Numbered from the stretch's first letter, positions 16,171 through 25,715 are shown. The stretch is 64,000 nt of DNA from Bacillota bacterium (GCA_029224785.1 JAQXVF010000009.1:10314-74313); one strand, 5' to 3'. Notes: generated by a model from the letters alone, not told the origin. Made by a program: numbers and translations.

Positions 16171-19100
16171 TTCCCTCCACCTCCTTCTTTATATCCTCCC
16201 AGAACCGGGTATCCTTGACTGCTGCCAGGTTTCGTCTGCCCGGTACCGTGGCGCTGTGACAAATGCCGCCGTAGGGACAATAACTGCAGGGATTGTGATT
16301 CTCTCCCCGGGTATAGGGATCCGCTTCGATGCAGCCCTCCGATATGGTATCCAGAAGGCCGGACAGAATCTGATCCACAAAGGATTCCAGCATCTTCCAC
16401 TGGCTTCTGTCCGCCAGAGAACCTTTGAGATTCCCTGCCTTATCATAGCCAAAATCAAACCTCTGTGGCTTTTCTCCGCTTTCCATGGCGGAAAGCACGT
16501 CCTCGTCTGCCAGATAGAGGCCGCTTCGGACCATCTTTTTCTTCCGCTCCCGGAGGATTTCCTCGTCCGTCGGCTTTTCGTTTTCCGACAGCACCGGGAT
16601 CCTTGCCGGAAAGTACATCACACCTGCGGTCACGGCAGAACTCCCCACCAGAGACTGACCGCTGTGTTTCAGAGCAAACAGGTAGAGGAGCATCTGAAGC
16701 CCCACACCGTTTTCTATGTCGCAATAGTCGAATTTCTTTTCTCCGGTTTTATAATCCACCACACGGAAGTAATGGTTTCCGTCTTTTTCGTACACATCCA
16801 CCCGGTCCACATAGCCGCGGACAATGCCGTCCATCGTCTTTCCGTGGATTTCGATGGGTGCCATCTGCTGTCCGTCATCGAAATTCACCTCAAAGCCCAC
16901 CGGATCAAACCGGCTTTCCGACAACTCGTTCCACATCTCCTCCACCACCTGCATCAGCTCCTGCCGATTGCGGGACAGAAGATAAGATACTCTGCCGGAA
17001 TCCAGTTGAGAGAAATTCTCCTGTACATACCGTGCGGAAAACGCCTCCGCAATGGCAATCGTCTGTTCCAGAGACACGTTCCGGAAGCCTCCCTGCTGCA
17101 TCACGGTTTTTCCGGTGTGTTCCAGAACGGCATGGACATAAGTGCCGAACTGGGTAGGATCCACCGTGATTTCCTTTCTCTGGCGGATCCGAAGACCGTA
17201 TTCCAGGAAATACGCCATTTTGCAGGTTGCCGCCCGGTCGATCTGGGACGCTGACAAACGAAACTTCTCCCCGTACAGGTCCCGGACACTCCGGGCTGTC
17301 AGGCTGCCGGGAGAATAATCCGACCGTGCAGTTGCCTTTTCATAGTCATCCGCAAGTCCCAGCTTACGCGCCCAATCCTCCTGCTCAAAAGACGCCAGGC
17401 AGGCTGCTGCGTAGCGGGGATCCCGCATGATGGGGCCATTGCTCTCCCGCATTTTCTGAACTCCCCCGGATAGCTCTCCCAGACGAAGAAGCACCGCTGC
17501 GCTTTGACCCCCAGAGCTGCTGACACAAACCGTTTCCCTGGCACCGCAGAGCAGGCAGTACAGATCAGCAAATTCCGATTGCAGCTTGTCTGCCGACGCA
17601 CCACTAATCTGCACTCCAATCCTCCGCAGCTCCAGCCGCTCATGGTTGGTAAGAATCCCCGCACTTCCGGAGTAGCTGGGAAGCACCCCTTCCTGGGCCC
17701 CCAGCAGGAACAGATGCTTTGGCGTTTCACATCGTATTGCCGAGACGGAGCCTGCTGTTACGCTGTCCAGTACCGCCGGGATCGTGCCCACATCATACTG
17801 ACTGAGCAGCAGCGCCAGCAGCCGGGAAAAGTCCTCCCCTTCCCAATACGTCTGACCGAGCACATCCTGCATCTGCTCCAAAGCTCCCAGCAGGATTTCC
17901 CAAAGCTGGTTGAGTATCTGCGCAGAGCGATGCTGCTCCAGGCTTTCCATGCGGTCTGCCGCGGTTTCCAGCAGATCTGAAAAACGGATCTCTTCCAGAA
18001 AGGCAATCAGCGCACTCACCTGCTGACCAACGCATTCGGCATTCTTCATCCCGGCCCGCAGTCGGTCCAGAGGAGCGATGGCCGCCTGTCTGGCGTCGTT
18101 CAGTTCCCGCAGGCTGCGCTGTGCAGCCTCATCCCAGGGCTCACCCAGTCCCACCGGGTGGTTTTCCCAGGCTTCGCTCCACTTCTTGCCGCTGATACCC
18201 CAGATCACCGCGTAGTTTTCCAGTCTGTCCGCCATTTCCTGTCCCACAGGTGACAGCGGAGATTTCAGGTAACGAAGGATCTCCTCCTGGGTTCTGTCTC
18301 CTGCGGCTGCATCCAGCGCAGACAAAACCGTGGCAATCATGGGATTTTGCAGAATGTCTTCCTTACCAGCTATGTAGAGTGGAATCCCGTATTCCATGGC
18401 AAGGAGGGCCAACGTTGGCCGATAGGATGTCAGATCCCCACATGCAATGGCAATGTCCCGGTACCGGCAGCCGCTCATCACCAGTTCCGTAATCCGATCC
18501 ATGACGTGGCTGCATTCCTGCCACAGGCTGTCCGCCTCCCATGCGGAAACACACTCCAAATACTCCATATCCACCGGTCCGCTTTTTTGAAGTGCATGAA
18601 TGGCCAGGGAAGAAAGCGGTGTATCCCCCGGAGGAACGTTACGAACCACAAAGGGGATCCCGGCACGTTTTGCAAACGCAATCAGCTCCTGTGCCGTCTG
18701 TCCCGCCTTCTCCCATCCGATCTCGGAGGCTCCGGCCTCGCCGCAGCAAAGGCTGACCATAACCAGAGGCGAATCGGAGATCAACTGCTGCAGCACCGCC
18801 ATATGCTGCCGTGTAAAATCCGGGAATCCGTCCACAAAAAACCGATGTGTGCTGCCGTAATCCGAGGTCTGGAGCCTGTCGATCAGAAAATCCATCCGGT
18901 CCCCGGGATCTTTCTTACCCTGGGAGCAGATGGCATTGTAGCTTTCCATCAGCAGTGACAGGTCCGCCAGCTTCTGAGCGAAGGCTCCCTGGGTTTGGAG
19001 GGATGCATCCATCAGCTCCTCCGGACCGATCCGACACTGTTTCAGCTCGTCCACCATATCCAGAAGCTGCTGCAGAAACTCCGCCTTGGTGTCCAAGCCC

Positions 19101-19432
19101 GCAAAGACCTTCACACGGCTGTGGAGACTTCTTGCGGCGGAGGCCATGGCAACCACCCGTCCCCCGCCGTCCAGCACCTGAGGACTTCTCATGCCGCAGG
19201 ATTCCGCCACCCGGTTTTCCAGCCGGGAAAAGGGCAAAACCTCCGCATACCGGCTGGCGGTATCTCCCGCTTCCCGGCAAAGGATACGCTCCGTGTCATG
19301 GCTGATCATCTCCGGAACGATCAGGACCGTGCCGGAGCATTTGTTTTCCACTTCTTTCTTGACTCTTTCAAAGATCCACCGGCGATTGGCTGTCCAATCC
19401 GGTCCTAAAATGAGTTCCAGCAAATCCATCAC
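16151..19432 (-). CDS. addB: helicase-exonuclease AddAB, subunit AddB
   Basis: 1093 aa (GTG 19432 or ATG 19429). C-terminal PD-(D/E)XK region (VDYKTG) and Fe-S cysteines (NPCSYCPYGGICH). Its 3' end overlaps the addA start. Confidence 0.9.
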   Translation of the reverse strand: MMDLLELILGPDWTANRRWIFERVKKEVENKCSGTVLIVPEMISHDTERILCREAGDTASRYAEVLPFSRLENRVAESCGMRSPQVLDGGGRVVAMASAARSLHSRVKVFAGLDTKAEFLQQLLDMVDELKQCRIGPEELMDASLQTQGAFAQKLADLSLLMESYNAICSQGKKDPGDRMDFLIDRLQTSDYGSTHRFFVDGFPDFTRQHMAVLQQLISDSPLVMVSLCCGEAGASEIGWEKAGQTAQELIAFAKRAGIPFVVRNVPPGDTPLSSLAIHALQKSGPVDMEYLECVSAWEADSLWQECSHVMDRITELVMSGCRYRDIAIACGDLTSYRPTLALLAMEYGIPLYIAGKEDILQNPMIATVLSALDAAAGDRTQEEILRYLKSPLSPVGQEMADRLENYAVIWGISGKKWSEAWENHPVGLGEPWDEAAQRSLRELNDARQAAIAPLDRLRAGMKNAECVGQQVSALIAFLEEIRFSDLLETAADRMESLEQHRSAQILNQLWEILLGALEQMQDVLGQTYWEGEDFSRLLALLLSQYDVGTIPAVLDSVTAGSVSAIRCETPKHLFLLGAQEGVLPSYSGSAGILTNHERLELRRIGVQISGASADKLQSEFADLYCLLCGARETVCVSSSGGQSAAVLLRLGELSGGVQKMRESNGPIMRDPRYAAACLASFEQEDWARKLGLADDYEKATARSDYSPGSLTARSVRDLYGEKFRLSASQIDRAATCKMAYFLEYGLRIRQRKEITVDPTQFGTYVHAVLEHTGKTVMQQGGFRNVSLEQTIAIAEAFSARYVQENFSQLDSGRVSYLLSRNRQELMQVVEEMWNELSESRFDPVGFEVNFDDGQQMAPIEIHGKTMDGIVRGYVDRVDVYEKDGNHYFRVVDYKTGEKKFDYCDIENGVGLQMLLYLFALKHSGQSLVGSSAVTAGVMYFPARIPVLSENEKPTDEEILRERKKKMVRSGLYLADEDVLSAMESGEKPQRFDFGYDKAGNLKGSLADRSQWKMLESFVDQILSGLLDTISEGCIEADPYTRGENHNPCSYCPYGGICHSATVPGRRNLAAVKDTRFWEDIKKEVEGNGRSVF

Positions 19433-19476
19433 CGCCTTTTATCGTATTATAACACAGATTTACAGGGCAGAAAAGA

Positions 19477-20091
19477 TTATTTGCGGGAAAAGAGAAGATT
19501 CTCCACTTTCCCGATCAGGTCCAAAAAGAAAAACCGGATACAGTACACGTCTTTTTCCTGTAAGGTCTGGGTCAGCGTATCTCCAAGGCCGCTTTCTTCC
19601 GCTTGTTTGGAAAATGCTTCCTCCGTTTCAGGAAGACAAAGTTCCGGAAAAATGACGCACCACCAGTTCTGCCCTTCGCCTTCTCCGATCATGACCCGAA
19701 GGGACTGATAGATCCCGGAAGGAAGGGAAAAGGTATCATAGATTCGCTTGGGAAAGCTCTCCAGATCCAGGCTAACCCGAACACTATCCGGTGCCCCTGC
19801 CAGTTCCAGCACCCGGTTTGCGGTTTCCTCAATGGCTGGCAGATGGGATTCCACATAGGAGATGGCGGCGGACACATCCGTGACCTGGGAAAGACCCTCC
19901 TGAAGGTTTTCCAGGATCGCATCCCGGACCTGCAGCTTGACGGCCTGATCCTCCGGGCTGTCCGACGCTGCCACTACATGAAGCCGGATCAGCTCACGCT
20001 TCAGGGTCTGCCGGTCTGTCACCAGCATAAACAGCCATACTGCCGCCGCAAACACCAGGCAGATCCCGACTCTTTTAAGCTGTTTTCTCAT
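19477..20091 (-). CDS. spoIIR: stage II sporulation protein R
   Basis: Start MRKQLKR at 20091. Signal-anchor, then LIRLHVVAASDSPEDQAVKLQVRDAIL and GEGEGQNWWCVIFPELC, hallmark SpoIIR motifs. Confidence 0.85.
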   Translation of the reverse strand: MRKQLKRVGICLVFAAAVWLFMLVTDRQTLKRELIRLHVVAASDSPEDQAVKLQVRDAILENLQEGLSQVTDVSAAISYVESHLPAIEETANRVLELAGAPDSVRVSLDLESFPKRIYDTFSLPSGIYQSLRVMIGEGEGQNWWCVIFPELCLPETEEAFSKQAEESGLGDTLTQTLQEKDVYCIRFFFLDLIGKVENLLFSRK

Positions 20092-20131
20092 AAAAAACAC
20101 CGTCCATACTGAAATACCTCCAGTATGGACG
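20092..20131 (-). terminator. Rho-independent terminator of ispE
   Basis: Minus strand: cgtccatactg / cagtatggacg (11 bp), loop gaggtattt, then gtgTTTTTT running directly into the spoIIR ATG. Confidence 0.65.
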
Positions 20132-20150
20132 GAAACAGGAAAAATTATAC
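20121..20150 (-). promoter_or_regulatory. forespore (sigmaF/sigmaG-type) promoter candidate for spoIIR, embedded in the ispE stop and terminator
   Basis: Minus strand: GTATA (20150-20146, inside the last ispE codons), 15 nt spacer, GTCCATACTG (20130-21). Compare sigmaF GYATA, 15 nt, GGNNANAHTR (from memory). Can also be read as GTATA, 18 nt, CATACTG (sigmaG-like). Confidence 0.35.
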
Positions 20151-21002
20151 AGGTTTTGCAATATACACCATGGGGTAGTTTTCCTTCAGCATATTGCAGA
20201 TTACGGCGGCATACTCAAATTCCTCTACAATGGCAAACACCGCAGAACCGGAACCGGTCATCTGCTGTCCCAGGGAGCCGTAGCTGTTGAAAATGGATTT
20301 GATATAGTTCAGCTCCAGGTGATCCGAGGTCACAATGGGATCAAAAACATTGCAAAGATTCTCTGCAACTTTCTCGAGATTTCCCTCAAGAAGAGCGCTT
20401 TCCATTGCGGAATGGTCGGGCCGTAAGGCGATTTCCCGTTCGTCGATCATCCGGTACAGTTCCGGTGTGGAAGCGGAAAACGGGGGCTTACAAACCACAA
20501 ATACGCAATCCGGCATATTCGGCAGCTTTCGGATCCTCTCACCCCGTCCGGTAACCTCCGCGGTTCCACCGATGACACAGAAAGGAACATCGCTCCCCAC
20601 GGATGCACCCAACTCTGCAAGAGCGGCGATGGATAGCGGATTGCCGTAGTACCGGTTCAATGCTCTGAGCACGGCTGCCGCATCGGCACTGCCGCCTCCC
20701 AGTCCCGCTTCCACGGGGATTCGCTTCTCAATCCGGATTTCCAAACCGTTGGGATCCTTCTGCAAGGCATCACAGTAAATTCTGGCTGCTTTCCAGGCAA
20801 GGTTCCGCTCATCAGCAGGAATTCCCGCATTGGTGCAAAGCAGCTTCCAGGGTTTTCCGGTTCCCACATCGATCTCGATACTGTCCCGGATGGATATGGT
20901 CTGCATGATGCTTTTCAAATCATGGTAGCCGTCTTGCCGCTTCCCCAGCACATCCAGGGTCAGATTCAGTTTGGCAAATGCTTCTTCGTAAAGTGTTTCC
21001 AT
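20145..21002 (-). CDS. ispE: 4-(cytidine 5'-diphospho)-2-C-methyl-D-erythritol kinase
   Basis: Start METLYEEAFAKLNLTLDV at 21002 after GGAGGA. GHMP kinase motif PVEAGLGGGSADAAA. The upstream 100 codons of ORF 20145..21302 have no support. Confidence 0.9.
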   Translation of the reverse strand: METLYEEAFAKLNLTLDVLGKRQDGYHDLKSIMQTISIRDSIEIDVGTGKPWKLLCTNAGIPADERNLAWKAARIYCDALQKDPNGLEIRIEKRIPVEAGLGGGSADAAAVLRALNRYYGNPLSIAALAELGASVGSDVPFCVIGGTAEVTGRGERIRKLPNMPDCVFVVCKPPFSASTPELYRMIDEREIALRPDHSAMESALLEGNLEKVAENLCNVFDPIVTSDHLELNYIKSIFNSYGSLGQQMTGSGSAVFAIVEEFEYAAVICNMLKENYPMVYIAKPV

Positions 21003-21141
21003 GGTAGTCCTCCGCTGTTTTTTTCTATTATATCCTGCATTGAGCCAATTTGCAATTCCTTTCCCCACGAAAAAATCATGTATGAATTTCCGGAGATTTG
21101 TCCAAACTACCATCACAACGCTTGAATGGAGGTATCCGTCA

Positions 21142-21345
21142 ATGGATGTCATTGCATTGATCCTTTCGATCGTCGGTTCCCTCAACTGGGGTCTGATCGG
21201 AATATTCCAGTTCGATCTGGTTGCCTGGCTGTTTGGAGGGCAAAGCGGGATCATCAGCCGTATTGTGTATACGCTGGTGGGCCTGGCAGGCCTGTGGTGC
21301 ATCTCCTTTCTGTTTCGGAAGGACAGCCCCCTGCCCGATGAATAA
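21142..21345 (+). CDS. DUF378 domain-containing small membrane protein
   Basis: Start MDVIALILSIVGSLNWGLIG at 21142, 9 nt after GGAGG. The GSLNWGLIG...FDLV...G pattern is typical of DUF378 (YuzA-like). Confidence 0.75.
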   Translation: MDVIALILSIVGSLNWGLIGIFQFDLVAWLFGGQSGIISRIVYTLVGLAGLWCISFLFRKDSPLPDE

Positions 21346-21373
21346 AAACGGCAGCCTTTGGCTGCCGTTTTTA
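21345..21373. terminator. bidirectional Rho-independent terminator
   Basis: aaaaacggcagcc / ggctgccgttttt with a short central loop. Sits between the convergent stops 21345 (+) and 21375 (-). Confidence 0.8.
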
Positions 21374-21374
21374 T

Positions 21375-22676
21375 TCAGTCAGAATAATACACACGAACGA
21401 TGCACTGATAGGTTTCGCCTTCGTAGACACAGTAAACCGTGGTCATACCGCCGGAAATACCGGTCACTTCGTTGCCGTATACGGAGATGATATTAGAATC
21501 TCCCGCATACCATTCCACGTCCACCGGGTTGTCATTGGTATCATATAACTCGATGAGGAAGGTGCTTCCCACATATAATGTCACGTCAATGTGATTGATG
21601 ATGTACCGGGCAGGTTCATCGGGTCGGTTCTCTGAGTTCCCTCCGGAGGACTGGTTGTCGCCGCCATCGCCGTCCGAATCCGGGAAATTACAGCGCACAA
21701 TACAGCTTACCGTCTTCCCCTCATAGGAGCCGTACACAGTGGTGGTTCCGCTGTGAATTGCCTTCACCACACCGTTTTCAATGGACGCAATCCCGGGATC
21801 ATCGCTGGTCCAGATCACACTGTTGTAGGGGATCTTGCCGATCTGGAACTGGAATGTCTCTCCCCGATAGGACAGCGTAATGTCATCCCGGTCCAGGCTG
21901 AATTCCTCGGCGGAAACCGTCTCCTTCGGATCCGTGGTTTCCTTGGGGTCGGTGGAGACAGGCTTTGTGGTGGCCGGTGGCACCGTAGTCTCAGCAGCAA
22001 AGGTGCAGACCACCTTACAGGCAACGGAAACATCACCGCAGGTCACGGTCACAATGGCTTCTCCCGGCCCCACCGCCGTAACGGAACCATCGGGATTGAC
22101 AGTCACCACCTTTTCATTGGAGGAGGCAAAGACCATCCGGTCGGTCGTATCGGAAGGCACCGGCTTGGCATCCAGCAGCAGAACATCTCCTTTGGCGGCA
22201 AAGGTCATGCTGGTCCGGCTCAGAGTGATTTCCGTACAGGGAATGCCGGACTGATTGTTATCCGAAACGGAAGGAGTACTGCTTTCGGACGGCGTCGGGA
22301 CGTCATTCCGGAAATACGGAAGCGCGTAGGTCACCACGATATACGCAGCCAGGGCAAGGATCAGCAGCAGGATCAGCAGAATGGCAATCCACGGCCCACG
22401 CTTCTTTTTCTCGTCGGACTGAGGATCCAGGCGAGGCTTCGGCTCCCGGGCATTGACGGACACGGCAAGCTTCTGCTTCTGGGAAGCCATCGTTCTCTTT
22501 TTAACATTTGCTTTGGTATAGTAACCGCCTTTTGGGGCTTTTTTATCGGAAACAGAGGATTTTTTCTCTGCGGTGGACTTCTCATTTTTTCCCTGTGGAG
22601 AGCTGCCACAAATGGGACATACGGATGCAGAATCCGGATACGCAGTTCCGCATACCTTGCATATCACCTTGCTCAT
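21375..22676 (-). CDS. membrane protein: N-terminal zinc ribbon, Lys-rich linker, one TM, extracellular Ig-like (Big_2-like) repeats
   Basis: Start MSKVICKVCGTAYPDSASVCPICG at 22676 after GGAAGGG. TM segment WIAILLILLLILALAAYIVVTYAL. Repeated ...VTAVGPGEAIVTVT... and ...VKAIHSGTTTVYGS... strands are typical of bacterial Ig-like group 2 domains. Confidence 0.7.
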   Translation of the reverse strand: MSKVICKVCGTAYPDSASVCPICGSSPQGKNEKSTAEKKSSVSDKKAPKGGYYTKANVKKRTMASQKQKLAVSVNAREPKPRLDPQSDEKKKRGPWIAILLILLLILALAAYIVVTYALPYFRNDVPTPSESSTPSVSDNNQSGIPCTEITLSRTSMTFAAKGDVLLLDAKPVPSDTTDRMVFASSNEKVVTVNPDGSVTAVGPGEAIVTVTCGDVSVACKVVCTFAAETTVPPATTKPVSTDPKETTDPKETVSAEEFSLDRDDITLSYRGETFQFQIGKIPYNSVIWTSDDPGIASIENGVVKAIHSGTTTVYGSYEGKTVSCIVRCNFPDSDGDGGDNQSSGGNSENRPDEPARYIINHIDVTLYVGSTFLIELYDTNDNPVDVEWYAGDSNIISVYGNEVTGISGGMTTVYCVYEGETYQCIVRVYYSD

Positions 22677-22820
22677 AATACCCTTCCTTTCGACACGGTC
22701 TTGCAAAATGTGCGCTTTTATTATATCATTGAATCCGACAGAAAACAACTACAAACATGTTGCATTTTTTGCTATTTTATTTTATCATATAAGAAGACTA
22801 TGGAAATGGAGGCGATGGAT

Positions 22821-25715
22821 ATGTCGGAACTGAAACCGATTTCTCCCCTTCTGGACGGTTACGCCATCGGGGAATCCATAAGCAGTCATGACGGCGTTCG
22901 CTGTTACCCTGCCATGCCCGTCGGTTCGGATGCCAAGTATATTATCAAGGTGGTTACGGTACCCGCTTCGGAGGTGCAGTTCCACGCCTTTTTGCTCAGC
23001 GGCGTCTACCCTTCCCGGGAAAAGACGCTGGCCTACTTCAAGGACATGGCAAACGGCGTGGTTCACGAGGCGGAGGCCCTGCGGCATCTTTCCCGCTTCG
23101 GCGGATTCACCTCTTATGAAAGCTGGCAGACGGAGCCTTTGGAAAACGGCTGCGGATATCAGGTTTATCTGCTGGGTACCTATAAGGATTCACTTCAGAA
23201 ATACATCAGCCGGAATTCCCTGACCCAGTTGGAGGCCGTCAATCTGGGATTGGACCTGTGTGCTGCCCTGACCACCGCAAGAAATGCCGGATGTCTGTGT
23301 GTAGACGTGAAACCGGAAAACATTTTTATCGGTGATGACGGGAAATACCGCATCGGCGACCTGGGATTCATTCCCCTGTCCTGTCTGAGCTATTCTTCCC
23401 TTCCCGATCGGTACCACAGCCCGTACTCCGCTCCGGAGCTCAGTGATCCCATGGCCTCCGTCAGCGCCACCGCAGACGTGTATTCCATGGGTCTGATCCT
23501 GTATCAGGTGTATAACAACGGTGTTCTTCCGGAAATCGTTCCCGGAAAGCCCATCCCAGCCCCGGAATATGCGGATTATGAAATGGCAGAGATCATTCTC
23601 AAAGCGATTGATCCCAATCCAGCCATGCGCTGGGAAGATCCCAGACAGATGGGGCAATTCCTGGTATCCTATATGCAGCGCAACCCGGTGAACGATACCC
23701 CCATCATTCCACCTGCTGATCCGGATATGGATCTGGGCGACCTGTCCCTCGAGGATACCCAGATGCCGGAGCTTCAGATAGATCCGCCGGCGGAGAACCC
23801 CGACAGTGAAGGAAGCGATGGATCCGCCGATTCCGAGCCCCGGGAACCGGATGAGCTGGCATTCCTGCAGGATCTTGTGCAGGACGAATCTGCCCCCAGT
23901 GAGGAAATGGCGGATGAGATCTCCCACGAGGACGTTTCCGGTGAGACCGCGCAGATGCTTTCCCGTCTGGACGAGCTGGTAGCCCACGAAGCCCCTGCAC
24001 CCGTAGTTCCCCCGGAGCCGATTGAGGTTCCCATGCCGGAGCCGATTCCTCCAGAGCCGGATACACCGCCGGAGGAGGAAACGATGCCTTCGCAGGCCGA
24101 AGACGAGGAAGCGGAACAGCCGGAGACGGACGAGCCTGAACCCCAGCCGGAAGAATCCGCAGCAGAAGAACCGGAAGAAGAAGGCTACGCTCCGGAAAAG
24201 AAGAAGTCGAAACTCAAAGGGTTTCTTGTTGCAGCCGCTCTGCTGGCTCTGGTATTCGCCGGGATATTCTATGCATACCAGTTCTATTACCTGCAGAATG
24301 TGGATTCCCTGGTTGTGAACGGAGACCAGACCTCCATTACCGTCCAGATCAAAACGGAAATTCCGGAAAGCAAGCTGAAGATCCTTTGCACCGATGCCTA
24401 CGGCAACACCCACAGCGCTTCCGTTGAAAACGGCTCGGCTGTCTTTACCGATCTGACACCGGATACCCTGTACCAGATCCGCGTTACCATGGAGGGCTTC
24501 CATAAGGTCAGCGGCTCCTGCAGCGCAAGCTTCTCTACCAAGGCAGCCACCAATATCCTGAATCTGACCGCAGCCACCGGTGCAGAAAGCTCCTCCGCCA
24601 TCGTCAGCTTCTCCGTTGACGGTGTCGATTGTGAGGAATGGACTTTGACCTACCGCGCAGAGGGTGAGGAAGCCAAGAGCATAACCTTCAGCGGTCATCT
24701 GGCCACTCTGAACGACCTGACTGTGGGAAAAACCTACACCCTTTCCCTTTCCCCCAACGCAGAGACTCTGGTGACCGGCAACCGTGAGATTACATTCGTT
24801 CCCTCCCGTTTGATTTATGCAGAAAATGTATCCGCCGTTCTTTCCGGAGAGAAAGATATCACCGTCTCCTGGCAGGCCCCGGAAGGCACCTCCGTGGAGT
24901 ACTGGACGGTTCACTGCCTGGGAGATAACCAGTACGACCAGACGGTTAAGGTATTCGAGAACACCTGCACCTTTACCGATGTTGCCGAAAATCAGAACTA
25001 CGCCATTGAGATCACCGCTGCCGGTATGACCCAGGCGGTTCGCACCACCATCAGCACGTCTCCCAAGATCCTGACCGGATTCGTGGCAGAGGAAGTGTCC
25101 TCCCGTCAGATTCTGCTGGGGATCCGCACGGAGTCCCCGCTGACCGATGACAGCAAGCGCTGGCTGATCCGGTATTCCGTCAACGGAATCGAGCAGGATC
25201 CCATCTCCGTCAGCAGCAATTCCGCTGTTCTCTCTCCGGTCCTTCCGGGCGGACAGTATGAAATCACCCTGACGGAGACGGATGGTTCCCCCACTTCTGT
25301 GGCTCCCATCTCCTGCACCGTGCCGGAAGCCGAAAATTTCGACAGCTTCGGAACCAACCTGGATAACATCGTGATCTTTATGCTCCCGACCCCCGATACG
25401 GTGGGCTGGGGATTCAATGATGTGTCCGGTGGAGACTACACCACCTATTTCGATGCCGGAGAAAAGGCCTCCTACCTTTTCCTGAATCTGGGTGCGGACA
25501 CTGATGAAACCGGTGATGTCGGCGTGGTGTTTGCCGTCTATTCCGGAGACCGCTTTCTGAGCATGGAAACCAGATCGCTCCGGTGGGAGACCATGTGGAC
25601 AGATGGTTACTGCGCTATGGACATTGAAAAGATGCCTGCTCAGTCCGGCAACTATCACATGGACATCTTCTTTGACGGTCAGTATCTGAACACCATCTAT
25701 TTTACAATCAACTGA
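22821..25715 (+). CDS. Hanks-type Ser/Thr protein kinase-like membrane protein with acidic/Pro-rich linker and four FN3-like ectodomain repeats
   Basis: ORF 21753..25715. The upstream third is antisense to the neighbouring gene. Likely start is ATG 22821, 8 nt after GGAGG (alternative 22800). Kinase subdomains: YIIKVV (beta3 Lys), EAEALRHL, CVDVKPENIF, IGDLGF, SPYSAPE, DVYSMGLILY. No Gly-rich loop. TM FLVAAALLALVFAGIFYAY. FN3-like strand motifs LTPDTLYQIRV, LTVGKTYTLSL, NQNYAIEIT, PGGQYEITL. Confidence 0.75.
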   Translation: MSELKPISPLLDGYAIGESISSHDGVRCYPAMPVGSDAKYIIKVVTVPASEVQFHAFLLSGVYPSREKTLAYFKDMANGVVHEAEALRHLSRFGGFTSYESWQTEPLENGCGYQVYLLGTYKDSLQKYISRNSLTQLEAVNLGLDLCAALTTARNAGCLCVDVKPENIFIGDDGKYRIGDLGFIPLSCLSYSSLPDRYHSPYSAPELSDPMASVSATADVYSMGLILYQVYNNGVLPEIVPGKPIPAPEYADYEMAEIILKAIDPNPAMRWEDPRQMGQFLVSYMQRNPVNDTPIIPPADPDMDLGDLSLEDTQMPELQIDPPAENPDSEGSDGSADSEPREPDELAFLQDLVQDESAPSEEMADEISHEDVSGETAQMLSRLDELVAHEAPAPVVPPEPIEVPMPEPIPPEPDTPPEEETMPSQAEDEEAEQPETDEPEPQPEESAAEEPEEEGYAPEKKKSKLKGFLVAAALLALVFAGIFYAYQFYYLQNVDSLVVNGDQTSITVQIKTEIPESKLKILCTDAYGNTHSASVENGSAVFTDLTPDTLYQIRVTMEGFHKVSGSCSASFSTKAATNILNLTAATGAESSSAIVSFSVDGVDCEEWTLTYRAEGEEAKSITFSGHLATLNDLTVGKTYTLSLSPNAETLVTGNREITFVPSRLIYAENVSAVLSGEKDITVSWQAPEGTSVEYWTVHCLGDNQYDQTVKVFENTCTFTDVAENQNYAIEITAAGMTQAVRTTISTSPKILTGFVAEEVSSRQILLGIRTESPLTDDSKRWLIRYSVNGIEQDPISVSSNSAVLSPVLPGGQYEITLTETDGSPTSVAPISCTVPEAENFDSFGTNLDNIVIFMLPTPDTVGWGFNDVSGGDYTTYFDAGEKASYLFLNLGADTDETGDVGVVFAVYSGDRFLSMETRSLRWETMWTDGYCAMDIEKMPAQSGNYHMDIFFDGQYLNTIYFTIN

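Noticed and set aside
21925-21965. TDPKETTDPKET duplication in the Big_2 protein as a possible recent DNA repeat
   Set aside because: The two copies use different codons (gac ccc aag gaa acc versus gat ccg aag gag acg). It is therefore not a recent tandem DNA duplication, just a short linker repeat.
21753-22820. 5' extension of the kinase-like ORF (track ORF starts at 21753, giving 1320 aa)
   Set aside because: The first 356 codons are antisense to the zinc-ribbon/Big_2 gene and translate to G/R/H-rich nonsense. Recognisable sequence and a GGAGG RBS begin at 22800-22821.
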